A stretch of 64,000 bases of DNA from Deltaproteobacteria bacterium (lineage in GTDB: Bacteria; Myxococcota_A; Polyangia; Fen-1088): the NCBI GenBank assembly GCA_033763315.1, contig JANRKS010000007.1, positions 160,001-224,000 on the forward strand, given 5' to 3'. Positions 9,287 to 19,570 of this stretch are shown here, one piece after another. A program made the position numbers and the translations under genes. Within the stretch, counting starts at the first letter, position 1; the number at the start of each line of letters is the position of its first letter. The notes beneath the pieces were generated by a model. That model saw nothing but the letters and a program-made list of their open reading frames with translations, did not search any database and was not told where the DNA came from.

Positions 9287-12200
9287 ATGAAAAGCCCTGT
9301 AGATCGCGCGATTTTGGTGCAAGGCGCCCGCCAGAACAACCTCAAGAACATTTCTGTTCGCATTCCGATCGGGGCCGTCACCGCCGTGACAGGCGTGGCC
9401 GGCGCCGGCAAATCGTCGCTCGCGTTCGACATTCTTTATGCCGAGGGCCACCGGCGCTATGTAGAAACGTTCAGCGCGTACGCACGGCAGTTCCTGGAGC
9501 GATTGGATCGCCCCAAAGCCGAACGCGTGGTGGGCGTATTGCCTGCTGTGGCGATTGACCGCACGGCGCCTGTGCGCACGTCACGCTCCACGGTGGGCAC
9601 AATGACGTCGATCGCGGACTACCTGCGGGCGCTCTACGCGCGCGCCGCCGTTTTGCGCTGTGATGTATGTGGCAAGCCTGTGCAGCGGGCAAGTGCGGAT
9701 GGCATTGCCACGCACTTGTTGTCGACCGCCGCCGGTCGCACGGCCTTGCTGACGTTCGTTGTCCCAAGTGGCAAGCTCAAGCCCAAGCTGATTCGTGAAG
9801 CGTTCGCGCGCAATGGCTTTTCCCGCGTGTGGGAAGACAACAACGTCGTCAAACTCGATGACGCCAAGCTCGCGCCTGCGGATGGGCAGCTTGTGGTGGT
9901 GCTTGATCGCGTGCGGCTGCCCTCCCCCGCCCAGCAAACGGATGACGATCGCAAGCGCTTGGGCGATTCCATCGAAGCGTCTTTGCGCTGGGGCCGCGGC
10001 GACATGGCCGTGCGCTTTGAAGGCGACAACAACGTGCAATCGTTTAGCGAAAGCTTGCGTTGTTGCGGCGTCACGTATGCCGATCCAACGCCCGCCACCT
10101 TCTCGTTCAACAACCCCGTGGGCGCTTGCATCACGTGCAAAGGCTTTGGGCGGACGATGGCAATCGATCCCAACCTTGTGGTGCCCGATCCGCGCCTTTC
10201 GATCAAAGAGGGCTGCATCAAACCGATGCAGTCGCCTTCCTATAAGGAATGCCAAGACGATCTTGAACGCTTCTGCAAACGCGCCGGCATCGATATGACG
10301 GTGCCCTGGGCCAAGCTGCCGGCGGCCTCGCAGAAGCGCGTGTGGCAGGGCGAGCCAGGGGCGCTCACCAATTGGAAGAAGCATTGGTATGGCGTCGATG
10401 GCTTCTTCGCGTGGCTTGAAGGGCGCAGCTACAAGATGCACGTGCGGGTGCTGCTCTCGCGCTACAGGCACTATCTGCCGTGCACGGCCTGCGGCGGCGC
10501 ACGCTTGCAGCCAGAGGCGTTGCGCTTTTCCATCGAAGGGCAAACGCTGCCGCAACTCGAGGCCGCCACAATCGCGAATGTGGATGCGTTTTTTGCCAGC
10601 TGGAAGAATCGCCCGCAGGACGCCGCCACAGCCTTGGTGCTGCAAGAGCTGACCTGCCGCTTGCGCTTCCTTGTGGACGTGGGGTTGGGATACCTCACAC
10701 TTGGCCGCCAATCGCGCACGCTCTCGGGCGGTGAAGCACAACGCGTGGGTTTGGCCACCGCGCTCGGCAGCGCTTTGACCAGCACACTTTATGTTTTGGA
10801 CGAACCATCGGTGGGTTTGCACGCGCGCGATGCAGACCGCTTGGTTGGCGTACTTGCGCGGCTGGCGGAAAAAGACAACGCCGTGGTGGTGGTGGAACAC
10901 GATCCGGTGCTGATTCGATCGGCCGACCACGTGATCGATTTGGGCCCCGGCCCTGGCCCCGAAGGCGGCGAAGTGATCTATGAAGGGCCCGTGCAAGGCT
11001 TGTTGGGCCACCCGCGCTCGCAAACAGCGCCCTACTTGCAGGGCCACGCGATGCGGCCGCAGCGTCAGCCGCGCACGCTCGACTTTAAACACGCCATCGC
11101 GATTGAGGGCGCCACCGAAAACAACTTGCAGAACGTGTCTGTGAAGGTGCCGCTTGGCGGCCTTGTGTGCGTCACGGGCGTCAGCGGCTCAGGCAAATCG
11201 ACCTTGGTGGATCAAGTGCTTTACCGCAACTTGCGACGACATCTCGGGCAACCCGAATCGGAATTGGGCGCCTGTGCTGGGTTGCAAGTGTTCTTGCCGC
11301 CAGGCAAGGCATTGCAAGACGTAGTGTTCGTGGATCAAACGCCGCTTGGCAGCAGTGGGCGCGTCAACGCCGCAACATACCTGGGTGTGTTGGATCCAAT
11401 CCGCAAGGTGTTCGCGAGTACCCAGGCGGCGAAGGACGCAGACGTAAGTGCGTCGGCCTTCTCGTTTAATTCGGCCGTGGGCGCGTGCCCTTTGTGTGGC
11501 GGCGCCGGCTTTGAAAAGATCGAATTGCAATTCCTGCCCGACGCGCACGTGCGCTGCCCTGCGTGTGATGGCAAACGGTTTCGTCCAGAAACGTTGGCGA
11601 TTAAATACGAAGGTTACGACATTGCTGAAGTGTTAAACCTTTCGGCATTGGAAGTCAGCGCGCTGTTCAAACATAACAAGCCGCTGGTGCGTGGCTTGGC
11701 ACCGCTCATCGATTTGGGCCTTGGCTACTTGCCGTTGTCGCAAGCGGCGCCGTCGCTTTCAGGCGGCGAATCGCAGCGGTTGAAGCTGGCCGCCTATCTG
11801 GCGGGTGCCACCACGGCCAAGCCGACGCTTTACATTCTTGATGAGCCGACCACAGGCCTTCACCCCGCCGACGTGGCGAAGCTGCTGCAAACGTTGGACC
11901 GTTTGGTGGCGGCGGGGCACAGCGTGGTGGTGGTTGAACACAATCTTCAAGTGGCTTGGGCGGCGGATTGGTTGATCGATCTTGGCCCTGAAGGAGGGGA
12001 TCAGGGTGGGCGCATCATTGCGCAAGGCACGCCGGAGGCTTTGAGCCAAACCAGCAGCGCCACAGGCGTGGCCCTGGCGCAGGCTGTACGCAAACAATCC
12101 AACACTGTGGCGCGCGCAAGCGAGGCGGCCGCAAAGTATGTGGTGTTCGAGCGGCCGATCGAAATCGAGGGCGCACGCGAGCACAATCTGAAGAACGTGG

Positions 12201-14725
12201 CGGCGACGTTTCCGCGCAACAGATTCATCGCCGTCACGGGCGCCTCCGGTTCGGGCAAATCCACGTTGGCGTTCGATGTACTTTACGCCGAGGGCCAACG
12301 GCGGTTCTTGGACTGTCTTTCCACATATGTGCGCCAGTTTGTGCGGCCTTTGGCACGGCCCGATGTGGATCGCGTCGAAGGTGTGCCACCCACCGTGGCG
12401 CTTGAACAAAAGCTGACACAAGGCTCGTCACTCTCCACCGTGGGCACAGCGTCCGAGGTATACCACTACCTGCGTTTGGTCTACGCGTGGTTGGGCACGC
12501 CCCATTGCCCCAAGTGTGGTCTGGCCGGCGAAGGCGTGGATGCCAAGGCCCTGGTGGGTCGCATCACGTCGCAGCACGAGGGCCGCGCCATCACGTTGCT
12601 GGCGCCGCTTATCCGCAAACGTAAAGGCGCGCACACCGAAGCGATGGCGGCCACCGTGAACCTGGGCGTCGCACAACTGCGCGTGGACGGCACCGTCCAT
12701 ATGGCCAAAGCGTTGCCCAAGCTCGATCGCTACCAAGTGCATGATGTGGAGGCGGTGGCTGCATCCATGACAGCCAAAGACTGGAAAGGCGACGGCGAGG
12801 CCACGCTCAAAGCGGCCGTGACGCGCGCCCTCGAACTGGGCGGCGGCCACATCATCGTGGCCAGCGGCGGTCTGGATCACCACTATTCAACGTTGCGCTC
12901 ATGCCCGAACTGCGGCTCGGGCCTGCCTGTTCCCGATCCGCGTTTGTTCACGTGGAGCCAGAAGTTCGGCGCGTGCCCCACGTGTGAAGGCAGGGGCACA
13001 ACGGAGCCGCATGACGAAGACGTTGATGAAAACAGCGAAACCTTCGTCGGCCGCGCCGAAACAGAGCCGTGCGTCGCGTGTGACGGCAGCCGCTTGGGTC
13101 CGGCCGCGCGATCCGTGCGGATCGCCAACGAACATATTGGCCAGGTGGCGGCGCGTTCGGTGCGTGCGTTGCAAACGTGGGTGAAGGACACTTTACGCGC
13201 CAACCTGCGTATTCCCGTCGAATTGCAAGAGGCTGTGTTGCCCGAGATCGAACGCCGTCTGCAAGTGCTGGATCAACTGGGCCTCGGGTACCTAACACTG
13301 TCGCGCGGGGCTCACACGCTTTCAACAGGCGAAGCGCAGCGCGTACGGATCGTGGCGCAACTGGCTTCGAACCTGCGCGGCGTGTGTTACGTCTTAGATG
13401 AACCAACGGTGGGTTTGCACCCGCGCGACGCCGCAGCGCTAACTGACGCTCTTTTGGAGCTACGCGATCGGGGCAACACTGTTGTTGTGGTGGAACACGA
13501 TGAAGCCGTGATTCGCCGTGCGGATCACATCATTGATTTAGGGCCGGGCGCTGGCCGGCATGGCGGGCACATTGTTGTGGCGGGCAGCCCGGCCACCGTG
13601 GCGGCAAACACGCGGTCCATCACGGGCGCGTGGCTACGCGGCCATGGCAACGTGCCACCACCTCCGCGCCGGTCACTGACCGATGGGCCGCGCCTCGCCT
13701 TGCGCGGAGCGAACTTGCACAACCTTTCCAATGTGAACGTCGATGTGCCGGTGGGCCGTTTGGTGTGCGTCACGGGCGTCAGCGGCTCGGGTAAATCAAC
13801 GCTCGTGCGGCGGGTGTTGTTCTCGGCCGTCAAAGCCAAGCTGCAACGCAAGAAATTGCCTGCGTGCGCATCGGGCCTCACAGGCACAGAGCACGTGGAT
13901 CGCGCACTTGTTGTGGATGAAGCGCCCATTGGCCGCACTCCACGGTCAGTGCCGGCCACCTACGTGGACATCCTGACACCGATTCGTTCGCTGTTTGCCG
14001 AAACACCCGACGCACGCGCCCGCGGTTTCAAAGCCAACCGCTTTTCGTTCAACGTCAAAGGCGGACGCTGCGAAAAGTGCGAAGGCCAAGGCCGTTTGAA
14101 AGTGAGCATGGCGCTGTTGCCCGACGTCTACATTCCGTGCGCCACGTGCAATGGCGCGCGTTTTAATCCCGATACGTTAGCGGTGCGCTACAAAGGCAAA
14201 ACGATCGCCGACGTGTTGGCGATGTCGGTGGAAGACGCGGTGGTGTTCTTCGAGAGCGCGCGTGCCATCGCGAATCCCTTGGCGTTCCTCAACGACATTG
14301 GCCTCGGCTACCTGCAGCTGGGTCAGCCCAGCCCCACGCTTTCGGGCGGAGAAGCGCAACGAATCAAGCTGGCGGCGGAACTTTCATTCTCCGGCCAAGG
14401 TCGGTCGTTGTTCGTGTTGGATGAACCCACCACAGGACTTCACATGGCCGATGTGGCAAAGCTCATCGCGGCTTTGCAAAAGCTTGTGGATCGCGGCGAC
14501 ACCGTGGTTGTGATTGAACACAACGTGGATGTGATCCGTGCCGCGGATTGCCTTATCGACATGGGCCCCGAAGGCGGCGTCGAGGGCGGCCAGGTTGTGG
14601 CGTGGGGAACCCCCGAAGAGGTGGCGGCGTGTCCGGCTTCACGAACCGCAGCTTTCCTTGGCCTTCACCCGCGGGTGGCACCAAAGAAGACAGCACGAAC
14701 AATGAAGCCACGCACCCTGCAGTGA
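9287..14725 (+). CDS. uvrA: Excinuclease ABC subunit A, tandem-fused double UvrA (1812 aa)
   Basis: Two complete UvrA units (GARQNNLKN..., GAREHNLKN...), four Walker A motifs, four LSGGE/LSTGE signatures, multiple CxxC zinc modules. Confidence 0.95.
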   Translation: MKSPVDRAILVQGARQNNLKNISVRIPIGAVTAVTGVAGAGKSSLAFDILYAEGHRRYVETFSAYARQFLERLDRPKAERVVGVLPAVAIDRTAPVRTSRSTVGTMTSIADYLRALYARAAVLRCDVCGKPVQRASADGIATHLLSTAAGRTALLTFVVPSGKLKPKLIREAFARNGFSRVWEDNNVVKLDDAKLAPADGQLVVVLDRVRLPSPAQQTDDDRKRLGDSIEASLRWGRGDMAVRFEGDNNVQSFSESLRCCGVTYADPTPATFSFNNPVGACITCKGFGRTMAIDPNLVVPDPRLSIKEGCIKPMQSPSYKECQDDLERFCKRAGIDMTVPWAKLPAASQKRVWQGEPGALTNWKKHWYGVDGFFAWLEGRSYKMHVRVLLSRYRHYLPCTACGGARLQPEALRFSIEGQTLPQLEAATIANVDAFFASWKNRPQDAATALVLQELTCRLRFLVDVGLGYLTLGRQSRTLSGGEAQRVGLATALGSALTSTLYVLDEPSVGLHARDADRLVGVLARLAEKDNAVVVVEHDPVLIRSADHVIDLGPGPGPEGGEVIYEGPVQGLLGHPRSQTAPYLQGHAMRPQRQPRTLDFKHAIAIEGATENNLQNVSVKVPLGGLVCVTGVSGSGKSTLVDQVLYRNLRRHLGQPESELGACAGLQVFLPPGKALQDVVFVDQTPLGSSGRVNAATYLGVLDPIRKVFASTQAAKDADVSASAFSFNSAVGACPLCGGAGFEKIELQFLPDAHVRCPACDGKRFRPETLAIKYEGYDIAEVLNLSALEVSALFKHNKPLVRGLAPLIDLGLGYLPLSQAAPSLSGGESQRLKLAAYLAGATTAKPTLYILDEPTTGLHPADVAKLLQTLDRLVAAGHSVVVVEHNLQVAWAADWLIDLGPEGGDQGGRIIAQGTPEALSQTSSATGVALAQAVRKQSNTVARASEAAAKYVVFERPIEIEGAREHNLKNVAATFPRNRFIAVTGASGSGKSTLAFDVLYAEGQRRFLDCLSTYVRQFVRPLARPDVDRVEGVPPTVALEQKLTQGSSLSTVGTASEVYHYLRLVYAWLGTPHCPKCGLAGEGVDAKALVGRITSQHEGRAITLLAPLIRKRKGAHTEAMAATVNLGVAQLRVDGTVHMAKALPKLDRYQVHDVEAVAASMTAKDWKGDGEATLKAAVTRALELGGGHIIVASGGLDHHYSTLRSCPNCGSGLPVPDPRLFTWSQKFGACPTCEGRGTTEPHDEDVDENSETFVGRAETEPCVACDGSRLGPAARSVRIANEHIGQVAARSVRALQTWVKDTLRANLRIPVELQEAVLPEIERRLQVLDQLGLGYLTLSRGAHTLSTGEAQRVRIVAQLASNLRGVCYVLDEPTVGLHPRDAAALTDALLELRDRGNTVVVVEHDEAVIRRADHIIDLGPGAGRHGGHIVVAGSPATVAANTRSITGAWLRGHGNVPPPPRRSLTDGPRLALRGANLHNLSNVNVDVPVGRLVCVTGVSGSGKSTLVRRVLFSAVKAKLQRKKLPACASGLTGTEHVDRALVVDEAPIGRTPRSVPATYVDILTPIRSLFAETPDARARGFKANRFSFNVKGGRCEKCEGQGRLKVSMALLPDVYIPCATCNGARFNPDTLAVRYKGKTIADVLAMSVEDAVVFFESARAIANPLAFLNDIGLGYLQLGQPSPTLSGGEAQRIKLAAELSFSGQGRSLFVLDEPTTGLHMADVAKLIAALQKLVDRGDTVVVIEHNVDVIRAADCLIDMGPEGGVEGGQVVAWGTPEEVAACPASRTAAFLGLHPRVAPKKTARTMKPRTLQ

Positions 14726-14764
14726 TCTATCCCCTCGAAGGCGCGTTTGATCACGTGTTCGACT

Positions 14765-14864
14765 CGGCAGGGTGAAATGAAATTCCCCCCCAAGACCGAC
14801 GGCACCAACTAAAAACGTGTGCATCGCGCGCCCAGATCGCTGAGGTTCAAAACCTGCGCCGTTC
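14765..14864 (+). repeat. Degenerate ~100-bp direct repeat, copy 1
   Basis: cggcagggtgaaatgaaattcccccccaagaccgacggc...gcatcgcgcgcccagatcgctgaggttcaaaacctgcgccgttc aligns by eye at roughly 80% with 22945-23042. Confidence 0.85.
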
Positions 14865-15375
14865 ACTCGTTCCGATTTACGAGCGACGCGCGCCAGAATC
14901 AACGCTGCTGGAAGGGGATACTGGAGCTCCTTGGAGAAAACGTCTTCGCGCCTACATTGGCGACAGCGCGGGCGCCGCCAAGCGACGAAGCCGACTGGTA
15001 GCAGGGTGTGTTGGCGGAGAGTCAATGGTGGCGAAGCAGGGCCGGCGATGGCCAAGGGATACGTCTGTCCCGTGGACTAAAATAGGCGCAGAATCCTTGT
15101 TTTCTCTGGGTGGAACGAAGTTTACGGAAGGGACGTTATCGGTCCCTTGAAGCGCTTTGCCTCAATGGTTGCCCTCATGACGCAGGCGCAAATGCAGCTT
15201 TGAAACGCCTATGCTCTTCATCGTCCTTTTCGCGTGGGTCAGATGCAGCTTGAGTCCCCGAGCTCTCATCTTCGTTCTTTTTCTTTCGCGACACATGCCA
15301 GGTTCGCGCGTCAAGTTGGCAACGGTTCAGGAATGAAAGGGCAAGGGAGCCCTCCGTAGACACAAGGAAAAGAAC

Positions 15376-16500
15376 ATGCACAGTAGATCAATTGCCAGAT
15401 TCTTATGCGGAGCGGCTTCGATTTCGATGCTCGGAAGTTTCTCCTTTCAAGCACAAGCTCGAACAGTGCAAGGCGTTGATCGCGACGGTGATGGACGAGC
15501 AGACGTGGCCGTTTACCGTCCATTAAACGCTCGATGGTTTGTCACGATATCAAACGGCGGTGAGAGCAACGAAGTATTTGGAAACAAAGGAGATATCGCT
15601 GTGCCAGGTGACTATGACGGTGACGGCAGAACAGACCTCGCGGTCTTCCATCCTTCGAATGGCTTCTGGTTCATCAATCACTCGTCGGGCATTGCACCGA
15701 AAGCCAAACAATGGGGGCTATCCGGGGATGTGCCAGTGCCAGCGGACTACGACGGCGATGGCAAGACGGATCTTGCGGTCTATCGTCCGTCTTCCGGCTA
15801 CTGGTACCTGATCAATTCAAGGAGTGGTCTAAGCGAATCACGTGGTTGGGGGCTTTCAGACGACGTACCACTTCCTGGCGACTACAATGGAGACGGACGT
15901 TTTGACTTTGCTGTGTACAGACCATCACTGGCTCAATGGCACATCCTGCTCAATGGAAGCGCACAGACGATCTTTTCAATATGGGGAGATGCTGGCGATG
16001 TTCCGGTGGTCGCAGATTTCGACGGCGATTGGGTAACTGATACGGCCATCTATCGCCCAAGGGATGGGTACTTCCATATCAAGCTTGCAAGCGGACTGCG
16101 CCAATACCGATTCGTTGGAGCAAACCAAATACCCATCGTCGGCGACTATGATGGCGACGGCAAGGCTGACCCCGCTGTTTGGAACACGCAAACCAGCCTC
16201 TTCACGATCAGCCTGATGGCAACGAACGTGATGAAGACGGAAGTCCTAGGGTTTAATGACTTCACGGAGTACGGCCGAGATGTCCCGCTTGTTTCCACTC
16301 TCTATGCTCAGCAAAGCGTTCCGAGGATCGCTTTAGCGCAAGGGACTTGGTGTTGTGCGTCCTGTAGCCCGGATGGCAAGACTTGCGGACTATGCCAGGT
16401 AAAGCCTGGTACAGGATTGTGTCCAACTGGGACCAAAACAAAAACCGGAGACTGCGAGTCGACGGATGATGGAGACTTTTTAGACCTGACTTGTAGATGA
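15376..16500 (+). CDS. Secreted FG-GAP/VCBS-repeat beta-propeller protein with Cys-rich C-terminal tail
   Basis: Signal peptide (AQA), six DxDGDGxxDxAVxRP-type repeats, 8-Cys tail. Visibly lower GC than the flanks. Confidence 0.88.
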   Translation: MHSRSIARFLCGAASISMLGSFSFQAQARTVQGVDRDGDGRADVAVYRPLNARWFVTISNGGESNEVFGNKGDIAVPGDYDGDGRTDLAVFHPSNGFWFINHSSGIAPKAKQWGLSGDVPVPADYDGDGKTDLAVYRPSSGYWYLINSRSGLSESRGWGLSDDVPLPGDYNGDGRFDFAVYRPSLAQWHILLNGSAQTIFSIWGDAGDVPVVADFDGDWVTDTAIYRPRDGYFHIKLASGLRQYRFVGANQIPIVGDYDGDGKADPAVWNTQTSLFTISLMATNVMKTEVLGFNDFTEYGRDVPLVSTLYAQQSVPRIALAQGTWCCASCSPDGKTCGLCQVKPGTGLCPTGTKTKTGDCESTDDGDFLDLTCR

Positions 16501-16715
16501 TCAACAATTCTCATCTGCCACAGAAATGTGGCTCAAGGTCGCTGCGACGATCTCTGCATGGGTCGCGCATCCCCCCTCAGAAACTGCAGTCGAGGTGTGG
16601 CCATTGACGGCCTGTCTCTCCTGACAAAAACAAGTGCGGCGGCAGTTTGTGCTGCGCATGGTTCTTAGCTCGTTTCTCACCACATTCAGAAGTTCTCAGA
16701 TCAAAGGTATCTCAT

Positions 16716-18683
16716 ATGAAGAAGACTCAATGGATTTTCACTATCCTTCTGATGGGGATTCCCTTCACTTTTACCTCGCTGGGAATCGACAAACCTACGG
16801 TAGCAGCAGAGCCGGCTGCTGCAGAACCTGCAGGTCCCTTTGAAAAAGCCTGGGCTGTCCTCACGAAACTCAAATCAGACCTCGATCCATGGATCGATGC
16901 GGCCAGCTATGCCAAAAAGTTGATTGAAAAGTTTTACGGGGTACCAACAGAAATCGAGCTAGCTCGAGATGAAATCATTGCCGAGATAAAGAACACCCAG
17001 ATTACACGGCTGGAAGGAACGATAATCGGAATGCTCAATAACTTCGCCGATGTTGTCCGTGATCCCAATAACATGCACAACAGCTTTCAGCTTAATCTCA
17101 TCAAATCTCAAGCAGATCTGGTGCTCGGCGAAATGCAATCGTTGATAGAAAGACGTGATTCGGTTTCTGTGAAAGAGCTTGCCGTCGCGAGCAATCTCGC
17201 CACAGCCGTTGGCGCTGCGGCCCGAAAGCTTCTTGGTATGGAGTCCGCGATTTCTCCCCTTCTCCAGCGACAGATGGATATGAACTATTCGGTTGTAGGT
17301 GTTGATTCTTACTATGTGAATAGGTCCGCAGTGCGAGACTCTGCGGGCTCCAGCTTGCTGTGGTCCGTGATCGATACGCCAGCGTTTTACTGTGATAGCA
17401 CGGAGGCACGGGCTGAACTTGCTAACAAGCGCATTATAACCCTACACTCCCCGCCAGGCGGAACGATCGCGAATGCCGTTTATTGCAAGCACAAGGATGG
17501 AAAGTGCTTCGCGTATTACAAGGACCCAAGTCCGATCGCAAATGGCCTTGCGGAGGGAGTGGGAAGTCCCAAAACAACATTTCCAATATGCTGGAAAGAA
17601 ACGCACTCGCGAGCATTGAGAGCCTTCGATGATAATCCGACGGTCAAGGCCATCAAAAAGGCGATGCAGCAATCATATTTTTCAGGATACAGGCCATCGG
17701 CGATATCAGGACCCTTCATCATTAGCGGATGTCTGTCAAAGGCGGCAAATTCAATTCTGGACTTCGACGGTGATTGCACGAGCGATCTCGCTGTTTACCG
17801 CCCAGGGTACACTAGTTCCTTCGAAGTTCTTCTGAGTCGGACAGCGAGCTTCAATTCCACCTCAATGCCTCTCGGTGGCTACAACGACCTTCCTGTCCCA
17901 GGGGACTACGATGGTGATGGAAAATCAGACGCCGCCGCTTATAGGATCGCAGACGGTCTGTGGTCGATAGCCCCTAGCTCCGGCGCTGCGCCGTACTCGC
18001 GGGCATGGGGGCTAGAAGGAGACACACCCGTTCCTGCTGACTACGATGGTGACGGAATGACCGACATCGCGGTCTACCGGCCTAGCAATGGCCATTGGTA
18101 TGTTTGGCCGAGTGGTGGTGGCGATAGATATGCGGTGCCATGGGGGCTGAGCACGGACATTCCAGTCCCCGGCGACTACGATGGCGACGCGAAAGCAGAT
18201 TTCACGATTTGGCGCCCAGGGGATGGCAATTGGCACGTGCGTCCTACATCAGGAGCGGCGCCATACGCAGTTCAGTGGGGGCTCCAAGGTGATCATCCAA
18301 TCCCACGAGATTTTGATGGCGACGGACGACTTGACTTTGCTGTTCGCAGGGACGGTCAATATGGCGTTTACGTAATGCCAAGTAACGGAGGAAGCAGATA
18401 CTTCGTGGCGTTTGGGAACCCAGACGACATTGCCGTTCCGGCTGACTTTGATGGCGATGGGAAGGCGGACCAGGCCGTTTGGCAAAGAGCCAAAGCATTT
18501 TGGTGGTACAAAAGGAGCACGGGAGGGGATCGAGTCCCCTACGACTCTAATTGGGGGCGCTCACCGCCTCCAAATTGGGAGCCCGTGAATCCGACTATCG
18601 GTCGACAATGGGGAACGAACCGAGATTTCCCCCTTGGTTCGCAGCTTCACGGAAACTTCTCCTGGGCCGGCGTATTTAGGTAG
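16716..18683 (+). CDS. Secreted protein: helical N-terminal domain plus C-terminal FG-GAP/VCBS repeats
   Basis: Start at MKKTQW with signal peptide; six PGDYDGDGxxD-type repeats in the C-terminal half. Confidence 0.88.
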   Translation: MKKTQWIFTILLMGIPFTFTSLGIDKPTVAAEPAAAEPAGPFEKAWAVLTKLKSDLDPWIDAASYAKKLIEKFYGVPTEIELARDEIIAEIKNTQITRLEGTIIGMLNNFADVVRDPNNMHNSFQLNLIKSQADLVLGEMQSLIERRDSVSVKELAVASNLATAVGAAARKLLGMESAISPLLQRQMDMNYSVVGVDSYYVNRSAVRDSAGSSLLWSVIDTPAFYCDSTEARAELANKRIITLHSPPGGTIANAVYCKHKDGKCFAYYKDPSPIANGLAEGVGSPKTTFPICWKETHSRALRAFDDNPTVKAIKKAMQQSYFSGYRPSAISGPFIISGCLSKAANSILDFDGDCTSDLAVYRPGYTSSFEVLLSRTASFNSTSMPLGGYNDLPVPGDYDGDGKSDAAAYRIADGLWSIAPSSGAAPYSRAWGLEGDTPVPADYDGDGMTDIAVYRPSNGHWYVWPSGGGDRYAVPWGLSTDIPVPGDYDGDAKADFTIWRPGDGNWHVRPTSGAAPYAVQWGLQGDHPIPRDFDGDGRLDFAVRRDGQYGVYVMPSNGGSRYFVAFGNPDDIAVPADFDGDGKADQAVWQRAKAFWWYKRSTGGDRVPYDSNWGRSPPPNWEPVNPTIGRQWGTNRDFPLGSQLHGNFSWAGVFR

Positions 18684-18765
18684 AACGTCGCCGACACCGT
18701 TGTGATTTGCTGTTGGTCGCCATTTGAAACCTACTCGGGGCCTCCATGTCAGGGGCCGATCTTTC

Positions 18766-19541
18766 GTAAGCGTTCAGGCCCCCGAAAAAGTTGTCAAAAT
18801 CGAATGCCTGACGATTTGCTAAGAAAGGGGATCGACAGCAGATCGCAAACGTGATCTACCTTGGTCGTTGGACGACAAGGCAAAGATCGCAGAGCTCACG
18901 GCGCAGCTGCTGGCCAAAGACGTAGTGATCGAGGAGCTGCGGCAGGAGATCGTTGAGCTCAAGGGTGTGGTGGCTGAGTTGAGGGCGCTGGTGGCCGATT
19001 TGACCGAGAGGCTTGGCCAGAACTCTCGCAATTCACACAAGCCGTCGTCAAGCGATGGCCCCGGCGCCACCAGGAATTCGGGCAAGCCTAAACACGGCTC
19101 CGATCGGAAGCGCGGTGGCCAAAAGGGCCACCGCGGCCGCCATCGTGAGCTGCTGCCCGCAGATCAGGTCGACGCTGTAGTGGATGTGTTCCCATCGCAT
19201 TGCGAGGGGTGCGCGGTGCGCGGAGCCGCTGCCACCGATTCCTGACATGCAAGCCGCACGCAGGTGACCGAGGTGCCACCAATAAAGCCTCACACGACTG
19301 AATATCGCCAGCATGCGGTGACATGCCCATGTTGCGCGCACTCCACGCGCGCCACGGGCGCCGGCATCATTCCAAGATCCCCGTTTGGCCCGCGTTTAAT
19401 GGCCCTGGTGGCCTTGCTTAGCGGCGTGTACCATCTGAGCCGCCGTCGCACAGTGCAGGCGCTGCACGACATCCTAGGCGTGCGCATTTCGTTGGGCGCC
19501 GTCAGCGCTGTTGAAGCACGTGTTAGTGATGCGGTTAAGCA
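18766..19541 (+). mobile_element. IS66-family element remnant (single-TnpC type), truncated
   Basis: Terminal GTAAGCGTTCAG at 18766. TnpC motifs: coiled coil, QNSRNSHKPSSSD, KRGGQKGHRG, CEGC...CPCC zinc finger, SPFGPRLMALVALLSGVYHLSRR. The DDE domain and right end are absent. Confidence 0.88.
18868..19541 (+). pseudogene. IS66 transposase TnpC pseudogene (frameshifted, truncated)
   Basis: A 7-bp tandem duplication gtgcgcg at 19209-19222 shifts the frame, and a second shift occurs near 19258. Similarity ends at ...VEARVSDAVK. Confidence 0.85.
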
Positions 19542-19570
19542 TAGAGCGTGTCCCAATGCGACGTTAGGAA

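Noticed and set aside
9581-11092. 503-aa antisense ORF inside uvrA (similar long antisense ORFs at 28943-30031 and 58054-59394)
   Set aside because: Typical high-GC antisense shadows with no recognisable motifs.
14765-14864. Repeat as an integron attC site or tRNA-derived att
   Set aside because: No RYYYAAC/GTTRRRY ends, no cloverleaf and no integrase in the window.
15480-18480. Recurrent gactacgatggcgacgg-like DNA repeats as a possible CRISPR array
   Set aside because: They are degenerate, in-frame codons for DYDGDG FG-GAP repeats, and there are no cas genes.
18683-18695. 13-bp match gaacgtcgccgac, inverted relative to 23014-23026
   Set aside because: A match of this length is expected by chance in 64 kb of GC-rich DNA.
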